The notes under the pieces are model-generated. The model did not search any database. It was not told the DNA's origin and saw nothing but the letters and a program-made list of their open reading frames with translations. From the NCBI RefSeq assembly GCF_009914755.1, contig NC_060926.1: DNA of 64,000 nt, one strand, 5' to 3'. The position numbers were made by a program, and so were the translations under genes. Position 1 is the first letter of the stretch. Every line of letters begins with the position of its first letter. The stretch comes from the human T2T-CHM13v2.0 reference genome, Homo sapiens. This document shows positions 12,491-26,130 of the stretch, piece after piece.

Positions 12491-13284
12491 CGTAGAAGGC
12501 ACTCAATAAATGCCTGATAAAGCAACACCAACTGGTATATCAATGAGCCTCTTGTTAGGATTCCAATTAAGCCACACAGAATTGATACTCACCCAGCTTA
12601 TTTTCAAGAATCTCTAAAGTTGCCAAGACAGCTACCTGAATGAACATTCATTCTAAAGTCTGACGTTCACTTTCATTGCACCTCACCTAAATCTTTAATG
12701 CCTTTAAAACTACCCAATGAAGTTCTCATTTAAGAAATATGGGCCACTAAATTATTACATATTAGCCAGAAAGATAAGAAATTCTTTCTTTTGGAGATTT
12801 ATTAGAAATAGTATACAGCTAACATTTCGACATTATATTAGAACCTACCTGCCCAAAAGCAGGGAGATGGCTTCTATGACCCTTTAGGGAAATTCCAGTT
12901 CAATGAGCCTATCAAAGTTATTTTACTAGCATAGCCACGTAAGATTAATCATCTTTGTGAATTCTTAATTGCAGTGGTCAGACAACCCCCAGAGAGTAAT
13001 CCTACACCATGGCAGATTCGTGCTCCTTTTTCATTCTTCCATAATGTGATGGAGAAGCAGGAAGAAGCAGCAGTTCACTGCGATTCCCTCTTTAATTTGC
13101 TCAAGAAATAATTATGGGGGTTTCCTGCAGGGTAAATGCTAGGGATACAAACATGACTAATGGGACTCAGAGTCTAGTGGGGAGAAAGGCAAGTAAACAG
13201 ACTTAGTATCTTTTCAGAGGTATTTGCAGAGAGGCAGCTACTATATCAAAAACAGATAAATGACCATAATATCACAGGAAGTGC

Positions 13285-13455
13285 TCAGTAAATATTAGCT
13301 AAGTGTCAGGCACCAATCTAAGCACTTTCTATGAATAACACATGTATTCCTCATAACAACTCAGTAAGGTACCTTTATCATTCCCCATTTTCACAGAGGA
13401 GAAAACTGAGCCGCAGAGAGGCTAAGCAACTTGCCCAAGGCCACACAGCAGGTCT
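13285..13455 (-). mobile_element. MIR SINE
   Basis: CCCATTTTCACAGAGGAGAAAACTGAG..GAGAGGCTAAGCAACTTGCCCAAGGCCACACAGC. Confidence 0.8.
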
Positions 13456-16134
13456 TCAGAGCTTGCTGCTTAACGATGGTGCTACCCTGCTTCAACCTAT
13501 CTCCCGGTTCCCTTCCACGATCTTTCTATGACTACTAGGCCTAATGATTACAAGTTAAGTTATTAAGGGTTCAATGATTAACTTTTAAAATATAATGAAT
13601 TATCAGCATTGTAATAAAACTGACATTTAAAATCTACAGAGATCAAATTTGTAACTATATCATCTGTTAATATAAATACCTATTCTCAAAAGATGAATAT
13701 AAATTATTACCCAGAAGGAACTTTCACCTCTGACAGCATCCCACCCTTGTCTGCCTCTGTGCTTCTCCCTTGACCCAGGGCTAAACGATGGAGCAAACCT
13801 TCATTAGTCACCACTCAAGCTACCACATTTTGCAGGGGAAAAAATGACAAAGGGGTATTCTGTGTAAAGAACACTTTACACAGAAACATGAAAATAGTTT
13901 CCACCCTTTTCTGTCAATCCTGGAATTTCTTAAGCCTGAAAAACAGGCTGATTCCCTCAGCTCAGTCCTAGTTGGAAGGGAAATGGAGCACTGAGTTATG
14001 AAAAACACATGCGGAAAATGCAATTCTTGTCATTCTGTTGGGAGATACAGAGGGGCATCAAATCATTTCTTGTTTGACTTCATATTTAACTGGATCAGGA
14101 TCAGTGTGTACAATCCCGACGAAGTGGTTCTGCTGCAATATCCAGTTCATTCCCTCGCCAGTCCTGCTCCAGCTGGTCCACACTGGATGCTATGGAAACC
14201 CATGGAGCAGCAGGAAAGGCTTCTTGGAAGAAGCTGGTCTCGAAGAATCCAAGTAGCTCTCTATGACTGCAGGATGCGGTGGTGGGTAAAAGAGATGGGG
14301 AGGGCAAGAGGGGGCAGTCGTTGAGATGAATCCAAAGATATCAGCAGGGGTTAGACCGCTAGGTGTCCAGACCCTACTCTCTATGGAGAATGGCTGGAGG
14401 ATCCTCAACAGGGAAGACCACAGAATCATTCTGGAAGTGGCAATACAAACAAATGAGAAGTCCCTTCCCTAGAACCTGTATGGTGACCCAGCACTGGGGA
14501 AAGAAGCCTATCTACGTATTATTTCCTCAGCTAGGTCCTAGATGGAAGAGGGAACTGAGCACTGGCTTAAGAAAAGCTGCTTCATTGTCCTACATTATAA
14601 TAGATCAAAAGAAAGCATAAGAGGGGGAAAGGGTCTTTTTGTTTTCCCCTTTTCTTTAGCTATGATCTCAGAATATACATGAATATAAGTGAGGTTCAAA
14701 TGCTGACAGCAAAATTCTGTGGAATTCATAACTTTCAAAAGGGACATTCTGGGGAAAGATGAGATGTTGAGATTGAGCCATGAGAACGTGAGAGTCTTTC
14801 TGAACTTTTTTACAAAGGGGATAGATAATAGCCTGGCAAGGGAGTCCAACAGATGACAAGAGAGCGTCAGAGACACTTAAACGACCTATATTGGGGACTG
14901 AGTTTAAAACTGAGAAGGAGGACACAGACATTTACCCTCGGGGCCATAGTCTGTCCTCTCTTCATGGTGGCTTGCCCACGGATACCACAGGAGTGGGGCG
15001 CATGGATTAAGAGTGGTTTATGATCCTTTGTCTCATAACATTTGACCAGCGGAGAAGTTTTTACGATACTTTACAGTACATAGTAGTTAAATTGAACAAA
15101 TATTACGACCACAATAAAACACATTCTTATCACTAGAACATAAATCAGTAATTGCTACATTGTGAGGGAGTTTCCCCCACAAGTCACGGGACACTGCTGG
15201 CATCAACTGGGGGAGAAGTTTAGAGGGAAACCACAGCATCAAATATCATTTAAAATCAAAACACCACAAAATTAAAACCTGTTCCCTCCAGGGCTTCCAG
15301 GCTGCTTTTCAAACCTTTTACAAAGAGCTTTTCTCTCTCTGGTCGATCACTAAAAAGCCACCTAAATAAAACCTATGAATAAGGACCCCAGTGGAGAGAC
15401 TGACTTGCCATAAAACGCGGAATGCTTCGGTGCTCTAGAGATTCACTCCTGCCACACACTTGGCAGCAGCAAGCGACTCAATCCTAGCACACATGTTTCC
15501 AATTACAAACCGAAGATTTCAATCAGAGGTAAAGCTAATTGTTTTATGCTGCTAGCCTAGGAGAAACTCTTTGAGGGGAAAAATGTCTAGAGCTCATGTC
15601 GTTGGACTTCTTAGGAAGAAAGATGGACCACCCTCAGCAAGGTGCTGGGAAAGTGCTGAGTCCCTGGTAAAATAAAATCTGTTTTCCTCCTTTGGTTTGA
15701 ATTCCTTGAGTTATTGCAACTTCTTGAAATAGTAAAATCAAAATTGCATCTCATAACAATCTAATGGGTACTTCTTATTTTATAGACTTTTTGAAACATG
15801 TCAAGCTCTGGACATTTGAGACAACACTGAACGTCCACATTCTGCAGTCTCTAGAGCTTACGGTGATAAATAAGGTAGCTCTGAAGCCAGTTTGGGGAAC
15901 TTCTAAGGAAAATGGGCTCAGGGGGTGCTGCTATGTCTTGGTGATCTGGAGCCATATAACCTTAAAAGTTTACAAGGCATTATCCCCTGTTTTTTTAAAA
16001 AGTCTTGTTTTTGTGGAATGATCCAAGACTAGAACCATTTTGGAGAATAGTATTTAAAATTCAAAACAACAGATTCCCTCAAAACATGAAAAGTAGTAAT
16101 TTACTCTATAAATTTCTTTTTTAAAAGCTAGCAC

Positions 16135-16620
<486 letters not shown>

Positions 16621-17018
16621 CCGGGAGTTTATTGCTATGACATGCTGCCACCCCTTGAGAAATAACAAGGTAGACACACTGGTGTGGTGCCTCGGTTTCC
16701 CTCTACTGATGAGTCACAACAAAACCACCACTCCATTAAACATAATGTCCATAATCATCATACCTCTATTCTTTTACCAATCACTTCAATTATGTAAGGC
16801 GTGTGTTTCTAGGGGAGAAAGTGCTTAATCACTTTTGCCCTTAGCAATGGTAGCTCATTCAGTATTCTGGCATTATTGTGCTATACAAATTTTAATGCTT
16901 ACAAAGGTGATTTTTCCCAACTCTTTTAAAAATGCAGATACATTTACTCTCACAAAAGACTCATAATAAACAATCTGGAAACCATTTGTTCATTTGTGAT
17001 TTTTTAAATTATAGCTGT

Positions 17019-17046
<28 letters not shown>
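17019..17046 (+). repeat. (TG)14 microsatellite
   Basis: Seen directly. Confidence 0.95.
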
Positions 17047-17049
<3 letters not shown>

Positions 17050-17370
17050 ATTTTACATATATAATATTTTAGTGTTTATATTGTGTTTTAGTATTTATAT
17101 GTGTATATATAAAGGATGAAAAATAACAATGCAAATAAGATTGAATTGCTTTTCATTTTACCTTCTAAAAACCTGACACACAGAGCACATCTTTGTGCTT
17201 CAGGCAACCAATGTGCTCTCTTATCCTCCAGATAACCACTGTATTTATTATTTAGACCAGTAAGGGAACCGAGTTCAACTTTCTTACTTAAGTTCTTATA
17301 AGTCTATCCTTTTCCATACAAGCAAACAAGGCATTGTTTCTAATACACATACATGGAAATGTGAATCAAG

Positions 17371-17983
17371 TGTAAACCAAAAATAAAATTCTAAACCCCG
17401 CGACCATCTGAATGGACCCCTCGTCTCTGCCAAGAGCATTCCAAAGTTAACCTGAGAAACTAGTTCAAACCATGATGGGAAGGGGGAGCCAGACTTGCCT
17501 CATTCTCCCCTCCTCCGTTTTGGAATTACTGATAGAACAGACTTTAAATCTAATAAGAAACATTAACAATCTATTCTCTCTGAAAGCCTGCTACCTGGAG
17601 GATTCTTCTGCATAACAGGAACTCTGGTCTCCACAACTCCTTATCTTAACCCAGACATTCTCTTTTATTCATTTTAGGTTTTTAGACAATTAATTAACTT
17701 TTTCATCCAACTGCCAATCTGAAAAGTCTTTGAATCCACCTCTGACCTGGGAGCCCCCGCTTCCAGTTATCCCACGTTTCTGGACCAAACCAAGGTACAT
17801 CTTACATGTATGAATTGATGGTTTATATCTCCCTAAAAGGTATAAAACCAAATTGGAGTCTGTCTACCTTGGGCACATGTTCTCAGGATCTCTTGAGGGC
17901 TGTGTCATGGGCCATTGGTCACTTATATTTGGCTGAGAATAAATCTCTTCAAATATTTTACAGAGTTTGACTCTTCATCAACA
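17371..17983 (+). mobile_element. MER4-family (MER4B-like) ERV1 solo LTR, complete
   Basis: Starts TGTAAACCAAAAATAAAATTCTAA, carries TATAAAA and AATAAA, and ends ACAGAGTTTGACTCTTCATCAACA. 4-bp TSD CAAG/CAAC. Confidence 0.9.
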
Positions 17984-19271
17984 CAACTTTCAAGTTTGAA
18001 ATTTTCTGTTTTCACAAATCATAATAATTCAGCCTCACTCAAATGAAGGGAATAAGCACAAGGAAGCTATGTTGAAACATTCTCCTGAAGTTGCTAATAG
18101 TTCATCTTCTACACAATTGTGAAATGTAATAATAATAATAATTGCGGTACTTATTCACCAATAATTACCATTTTCTCATGTTTACCAATTGCAGTAGTTT
18201 CCCGCCAAACACAGAACTGGCAATATATAACATATTTTCATTGCCCCAATTAATGCAGAAAAAAAGCTAAATCATTCTCTGGGCAACCTGCAAGAGATAC
18301 TCAAATCAACCTTGGAAAGAGTGCCTGTCTCTTGTTTTATACTAATTGCCATGTAAATTAACAAAAAGCACAGCCCACCAGCAAGGAAAATGAAGGTTTC
18401 TTCACAGACCATCAACAAAGTCGCCTCTAGAAGCCTAAATAACATCATGCTTGTTTCTTTAGACAATAAAATGCCAAAGTTTTTCTTTTGCTGTCAGCAA
18501 ATGATGAATACATGTGGTACCGATTATTTAATACCACTAGACCACCAGGGAAGAAGATTTAGATGAACTGCAGCAGAACTATGCCATTTATTTTTATTAC
18601 CATGCATTAAAAATTACGTTTACAGATAATTGTTTTTCTCCTTCCAATAAAGCAAGATTAAAAAAAAAACCCGAAGAATATTTAATAATACTGGACCACC
18701 AGGGAGGAATTTTAAAAGTTGATTTTTTTATTGAAAAATTAGATTTGCTTTTTAAATTTTTCCAATTATTTTTAAGTGCAATTTGTGAAGAAATTATTTT
18801 AAACCAGAGTAGTATAGTGAGTTTTCTGCTGGGGGAGTGTCTCACAGATTAAGTTACTCCTTTACAAGGGTAATCACCTAATCAAATCAGCCCTCAGAAT
18901 CACCAGTTTTAAAATTGCTGTGTAACTGTCTGCATGTTTTAAATTCTGTTCTACCACACATCCTCATAGGTTTCTATGAGGGCCCAGGTTTCTAAAACCC
19001 TCAAGTAAAATTAACTCTTGATTTTTTTTCCTAGCAACTTTGTACTAGACAGAGAACATTTTTCCATTTACCAGTCACTTAAAAGGAGTGTGAGGAGCAC
19101 AAGGAGGAGGAACAGTAACAACAGCAGAGTGAGAGAAGAAAAGGACCCAAAAAGAGGGAAAAAAGAGAAAAAAACAAAAGGAAATTAAATTAGGCTCACA
19201 CAGTAGTTGAAATAATTATTTCTCTAAGCTTCAGCTGGGCATACTTACAATTAGGAGAGGCAGTAATTGCA

Positions 19272-19612
19272 CAGGTTGAGTATCCCTAATCCAAAAATCC
19301 GAAATGCTCCAAGATCTGATACTTTTTGAGGATGGACATGACACCCCAAGTGGAAAACTCCACACCTGAGCTTATGTGATGGCAACTAAAACCCTGTCAA
19401 AACTTTGTTTCTTGCTCAAAATGATGTAAAATAGTAGATAAAATTTTACAGACTATGTGATAAGGTGTATGGGAAACATCAATGAATTTTGTGTTTAGAC
19501 TTGGCTCCCATCCCCAAGATATCTCATGTATATGCGAATATTCCAAAATATCAAAAAATCCAAAACCCAAAACACTTCTGGCCCCAAGCATTTCAGATAA
19601 GTGACATTCATT
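19272..19612. mobile_element. Tigger4b (Zombi)-like TcMar-Tigger element
   Basis: CAGGTTGAGTATCCCTAATCC terminal repeat and ..CCAAGCATTTCAGATAAGTGACATTCA at the far end. Confidence 0.85.
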
Positions 19613-19770
19613 CTCCTTTCCTCCACTCCTTGCCCCCACCCTTTTTCCTCCTTTTTTCCCCTCTTCTTATCTTTCCATCTTTCTCTCCTCCTCCCTCTCT
19701 TCTCCCTTTCTTCCTCTCCCTCTCCTTCTGCCTTCCTTTTCCTCTCCCACTCCTTTCTCCCTCTCTCCCC
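19613..19770 (+). repeat. CT-rich low-complexity (polypyrimidine) tract
   Basis: About 155 bp made almost entirely of C and T. Confidence 0.9.
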
Positions 19771-19813
19771 AAAATGCACGGTCCTAGAGTTAAAGTCTTC
19801 TAAGCTAATCTTA

Positions 19814-20128
<315 letters not shown>

Positions 20129-20427
20129 TCACAGATGCCAGCCAACTAGCTGACTGGCCCCAAAGGTAGGCCTCTCCTTTGCTAGAAACCCTCAGTCCCC
20201 AAGTTGAGAGAAGTTACTTGTCTCCCCGTAACTCTCACTTTGGGTCCTACTGCCGCTCCCTGAAGAAATGAAAAGAAAGCAGAGTGGTTCTCAGGATAGT
20301 ACTGCAAATCTATCAGCCATCCCCAAACCACCCCTGCAGAATATGCACTGTTACTTTTGCATATGAATTGTATGTGACAAAAGCAGTTTCTCTTTTCTGG
20401 AGCTGAAATCAGTTAGGGAGGTAGAAA

Positions 20428-20428
<1 letters not shown>

Positions 20429-20468
<40 letters not shown>
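20429..20468 (+). repeat. (AC)20 microsatellite
   Basis: Seen directly. Confidence 0.97.
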
Positions 20469-20469
<1 letters not shown>

Positions 20470-21916
20470 ACACATACCTCAAGTCTGGCTTTCCAAAAGG
20501 AAAGCTGCTTTCTCACTGGTTCTTAGGGTAAAAAAAGAGACCACAGCCAGACCCAGACAAAATTATGAAATCATTAAAAGCTGGCTTTGGCTCTTCCCGC
20601 TTCTCCAATTCAAAGGTATAATTCCATCCATCATCATACTGTCTGCTAAAATATCCTAATTTATTAAAAAAACTTTGTCAAATATTAGTTTAAGTGACTC
20701 CAGTTTCTGGTGGAGTTTGTGCCTCTAATTATACAGTGCCCATTCACATGATTATTTTCAGGGATATAGCTCCTTTAAGACTGAGGTCTGTTATAGAACT
20801 ACAAACATGCCTTTACATAAACTGAAACACTATTTCAGTGCCAAAGGTTTCATTTGTCTTGAGAAGCCAAGAATGTTCCTACAATGTAGGACAACTTCGG
20901 ATCACACAGTGAATCTCTGTGGGAACCATCTGGTTTGGATATAGGTTCCTTTGATTTTAGGGCTGGCTTCACTACAATGCAGTTTGCTTGCTGTGCTCAG
21001 TTCCTTCTAAAGTGAAAAAAGCACAAGCTGGCTGTAGACAGATTGGGTCAGGGCTGATTGGCATTGAACCTGTTCTTGAAGTGTGCAGCCCCCAGCCAGT
21101 GGGAGCCGTGTGTGCCCCATAGCCAGGCTCTAGGAAGGCCACTGAGCATGGCCTTTACACTGGGCCCTGGCACAAGGACCTCCTCCTGACTTCAAAGCAC
21201 TTAGTCTTCTCTGCTGCCATAAAGCCAAAACTAACCCGCCTCTATCATTTCTCCTATGCAAGGAAATTGCTGGCCCTCCTGTCTCACCTAAGCTATTCTT
21301 CTGGAACATTTGCCTTCAGACCTCACTTCTCTGGCTCCCATAAGCAGAGCTCTAGGATCTCTGTGGGCCTCCAAGCAAAGGTTCAAAGAAGGAACAGGGA
21401 TCAAATGCAAGCCTGGTCTTGCCAGTCCCCCACTTAGAACAGTTCTTTGGCTCCCTGTTGCCACCAGGGCAGCTTCAGACTTCTTTCACAGCGTATAGAA
21501 GCATTCTCCAGCTTCAGTGTCTCACAGAATTAATCCCTCAAGCACAAGGACTTCTGGGGACTTAATGATGTCTGAGCTTTTGCATGTGCAGTTTTCTTGC
21601 CAGGCCTCTTACTAAGAATTTCTTCCCATCTGCATCAGCAAGATTAACATGAGAACCTTAATGAAGGCAGAGCTCTAAGAAGCATCTCAGGTAACTCTTG
21701 GAGGAAGCATTTTATGTCTAGAACAAATGTCTCCAGATTTGTGTGATGTGGGAGAGGAAGGAGAAGACAAGACAAAGTCAAGGCAGCATGAGGGTTTCAG
21801 ATTGTCAATGCCATGGACAGGGAGGCCCCTGTGACAGCTCAGGGATTGTGGTGCACTTTTGGGCATCAGGTTCTCCGATCACTGCATGAATGTGTTGGCC
21901 AAACATGCTTTCCTAT

Positions 21917-22276
21917 TGTCTTAGTCCACTTGAGCTACTGTAACAAAATACCATAAACTGAGTGGCTTATAGACAACAGAAATGTATTTCTCACAGTTCT
22001 AAAAGCTGGGAGGTCCAAGATCAGGGTGCCAGAAAATTCAGTGTCTAAGGAAGCTTCACTTTCTGCTTCATAGATGACACCTTCTCACTGTGTTCTCACA
22101 TGGGATAGGACAAGGTAGCTCTCTGGGACCTCTTTTATAAGTGCACTAATCCCATATTTGAAGGTTGTGGCCTCATGACCTAATCATCTCTCAGAGGCCC
22201 CAGCTCCTAATACTGTCACCATGGGGATTTGGTAAAATGTGAATTGTGGGGAGACACAAACATCTAGACCATAGCA
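21917..22276 (-). mobile_element. MLT1A0-like MaLR solo LTR, complete
   Basis: TGTCTTAGTCC...CATCTAGACCATAGCA, with a 5-bp TSD CCTAT/CCTGT. Confidence 0.9.
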
Positions 22277-22419
22277 CCTGTGACCAGCTTGGCACGTTTT
22301 TTTCATCTGGCTTACAACAACTTAACTTACTAGAACATGGGCCACTGAACTGGAAATCAACTATGATTGAAATAATATAATAATAAAGCTACTACAACAA
22401 TAACAAAAACCAATATGCC

Positions 22420-22600
22420 TCAAATTTGAATGATGCTTCCCATCGTAAGGGACTTTCACAAACATCTTACTTGAGCCACACAACAACCCTCCTGTGAAGC
22501 AAGTGATCTTATCCTTATATAACAGATGAGAAAACTGAGGCTCTGGAAGAATAAGTGATTGGCCAAAGGCTACATAACTCATAGATGGCATTAGTGTTCT
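22420..22600 (-). mobile_element. MIR SINE
   Basis: CACAACAACCCT..ACAGATGAGAAAACTGAGGCT..GGCCAAAGGCTACA. Confidence 0.75.
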
Positions 22601-24069
22601 AAGTATATGTCTTCATATCGGGTCCTGTGCTCCTTCTGCTATACTTTGCCAATTTTCACTAGGACTGAAATCAACAGCAAACTGTTAAAGTAGAAGCTTA
22701 ATTCTCTGATCAGGACTCGAACTCAGTTCAACAAATGTCTGTTCAGCCTCAACTCTAAACCTCCACCGGCACTACCTCTCAACATTTCTCACAGATCACA
22801 AAGCCCTCAGGGCTTTCAATTGTCAAGGCTCCTATTTTATTAAAACAAAATACATTGTGTTAAAAAAGTTGTAAACACTGTGACTTTTTAAATATTTATA
22901 ATTAACAATGTTCTGAACACACATGCAGACAATTACAATGACTGGATATAGATAACTCACTTGGAAATAAGTCTAAATAAGAGCTCTCGGGCAAGGCGAG
23001 ACATTCCTGGCCCTTGGACCCTACCTGTGCCAAGAAATGCCTAATACACTAGAGAATCCAAACATCCTTAGATTCTAAAATGGTTTTTATGCAAAAAGAT
23101 AGAATTTCAAAGATTTTGGGTAAGTTCCCAAATTGCCTAACTTTGTGATTAATAAAGGCCAGGGTCCCTGGGAAAGAACACTGGACCAGGAGTTCAGAGA
23201 CATAGGTTCTAGACTCAACTGTTCTGAACTAGCCGGGAAACTACGAAGAGAATGTGCAATCACCAAAACAAACAAGCTCTGACTTCAGGAGCAAAACCAA
23301 AATGAACAACAGCAAATGGCAGTAACTTGGAGACTGGCTGCACCCAAAAGGGCATTTTGTTTTACATGATGCATGGGACCATTGTGAATTTTCATCAACA
23401 CTCACGCACAGAAATTTCCAGAGCAAACATTCCTTGGAAATAAAAACTGCAGTCCTAGATGTCATCATTTTCCCTAGGCTGTGAGCTGCTGAGATGACTG
23501 CATTCTGTATGGGCCTCCACAAGGGGTTTAAGAAATCTTGATTTGCCCAAGGATGCTAATCAAGCCTTGAGGCTTAGAGTCATGGGCTTTTGTGCTGATA
23601 TGCTGTGTTGGTTTTAAATCAGAGTGCCTACTTGGAGTGCGGCTGAACCCTGTTATTAAATCCCCTTTTGTTCTGCGTGCACATCCATCAATCTTATCTT
23701 ACAAATCAAATAGAGAAGGAATAGCATGGTTATAATCTCTGTTAGCTGTTTCCAAATATCTAGTTAGATGCCCTATACAATGTCTACCTATAAATATTCT
23801 TTAATAATATAGCGAAGTTTATCTCAACAGTGTTTACACTACCTTTTTGCATTAAAACAATGCCCTGCAATCTCTTCTGGTTTTAATATCACTTAGACTG
23901 TAGGACTTGCTTCGAATTAGAGTATTTTCTGATTATTTGGATTATATCCAAGCCAAGATAGTTTTATTATAAATAAGGAAAAGAGTCATTTATTACCCAT
24001 GCCAGATAACTTTAAAAATTCCAAACTCATAAATATATTATTACTTGTGTTACTAATTTGAAAGCTGGG

Positions 24070-24528
24070 CAGAGGGTAAGTGTCTCCCAGTTAACTGCTC
24101 CTTCTCTCTTTTAGAAAGAGAATCCCCTCCCAAGTTTTAGCAAGGCACAGAGCCACCTAGATAAAGACTGTATCTCTCTGCCTCCCTTGCAGCTACATAT
24201 GGCCATATGACTAAGTTCTTATAAATATGATGTGAGCAGAAATGTGTGCAACTTCCAGTTCTTGACTTATAAGAACCCTAAGTCTTCACTCTTCTCTCTC
24301 TTTTCCTCCCTTCCCATGGCTGGAATGTAAACTTAACATAAGTTTCAATCAGGCAGACATGGACACAACCTTGGGACTAACAGAGCAACAAGAGAGAAGC
24401 AACCTCAATTCTGGGATGACTCTGGCCCCCTTGCTTTTCTGTAGGCTGTTATATGAAATAGAAATGGACATTCATCTCAACTAAGCCACTACATTTTGTT
24501 ATGGCAGTTTACTAAATAACCTAATACA
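24070..24528 (+). mobile_element. MLT1J/I-like MaLR LTR
   Basis: GCCTCCCTTGCAGCTA..GGCCATATGACTAAGTTCT..TAAGCCACT..CCTAATACA end. Confidence 0.75.
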
Positions 24529-24659
24529 GTAACTTTAATTTAAGCTTGGACTGTAAGGCTCTTTTTCCTACAGAGAATCATACTTTCTCATGTGTTTTTC
24601 TTACTGTATACACAGTCATAAAAATAAACATTTTAATAGTATTATATGCACATAGGAAT

Positions 24660-24890
24660 CAGCACAGTGTAGTGTTTAAAAGTGAGGGGTCTGATATTAA
24701 TCCCCAGAACTCAAATATTGTCACTGCCACTTACCAAGCATTATGTGACCCTGGGAAAATTACTTACCTCAGTTTCATTATCTATAAATGTAATCATGAC
24801 AATACCTAGCTCATAGGGTTGTGGTGAAAATTAAATAATAATGCATATTGAGAATATGATAAGTTCTCAGTAGACGTCAGCTCTTATGAT
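24660..24890 (+). mobile_element. MIR SINE
   Basis: CTGCCACTTAC..TGTGACCCTGGG..CTCAGTTTC..CTCATAGGGTTGTGGTGA. Confidence 0.75.
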
Positions 24891-25668
24891 GATGATGACA
24901 TTATTGCTACGTCTAAATGACAAATTTAGGTAGCCATATAGGACATAAAGTACTATGAGGTATAGCTTCAATTTGTTCAGACTCTGAAAAAAGATAAGGT
25001 GAAGCAAATTTTTAATCCTGCAAATTTGAAAAACCTCACTGTTGAACTATCTTCCTCCTTTTTTCCCCAATGAAGCATCTCTTTCTTATTTTTATTCCCT
25101 AATTTCTAAACTACCAGCCAAGCAAGAATGAATGTCTTGTCATCAACTCCTATGTTTACCTAGGTATTTTCATTCTGAGCCTTTGTTCAGGGACTCCCAA
25201 GCAATGTATTTTAGGTAAAAGAAAAAAAAAGGTATTTGGTGGTACCTCTTCTAAGTTCAGATTGAAGCTCAGTTTGTCCCTGTTTGTCACTGGTTCCTCA
25301 TTCTGCACTACTGCTCAGTCATCATGCTTTGCCCTCAAACTCTCCAGACCCCTAGACACTTGGCTTGAGGCATAAAACAAATACTATCTGTTCAGGAACT
25401 TCACATCTGAGGAGTGGAAAGAGTTAAAGAGGGTAGACAGAAATGAGATAATGACCAAACACTGGCCTTTCAGCCCTGGGATTGGGGAAGTTTGGGAACT
25501 AGTGGGGAAGGAGGAAAGAGAGCATTGGGAATAGTGGATAGTTGGCCATGATAAGATCTAGGACACATGTTTTAGGTATAAGGGCTGTTGATGATGGCAA
25601 TGGTAAAATGAGGGATGATTAAACACTGAAGCATAATAGAGTAACTGTTAGCATAAATACCTATTTGG

Positions 25669-26130
25669 GGAAATCCTGTCCCTTGCAACAAGATGGATTA
25701 ACCTGGAAGAAATGTTAAGTGAAATAAGCCAGAAACAGAAAGACAAATATCACATGATCTCTTTTATATGTGGAATCTAAAAATGTCAAACTCATAGAAG
25801 CAGAGAGTTTAGTAGTGGTTATCAATGGCTAGGGTGGGGAGCCGGGGATAGACTGGAGAGATTGTGATCAAAGGATACAAAATTTCAGTTAGAATGGAGA
25901 AATAATTCCAAAAGATCTATTGTACAACATGGTGACTATAGTTAATACAATGTATTGTATTCCTGAAAATTGCTGAGGGTAAATTTTAAGTGTTCTCATC
26001 ACAAAGAAATAAGTATGTTAATTAGCTCAATTTAGCCTTCCACAAAGTATACCTATTTCAAAACATCATGTTGTACATCATAAATATACACAATGTTTAT
26101 TTGTCAATTAAAGTAAATACATTTTAAAAA
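25669..26130 (+). mobile_element. L1MA (MA7-9-like) 3' end
   Basis: GTTAAGTGAAATAAGCCAG..AGATCTATTGTACAACATGGTGACTATAG..TTTAAGTGTTCTCATCACA. Confidence 0.85.

Larger units (their letters stand above)
10070..12520 (+). mobile_element. L2 3' region split into collinear pieces by nested insertions
   Basis: Pieces at about 10070-10361, 11371-11528 and 12194-12520 continue the L2 consensus (ATCTCCACTTG..GGCATCTCAAAC; TCTGATCACATCAC..CAATGGCT; GGCACTCAATAAATG). Confidence 0.7.
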
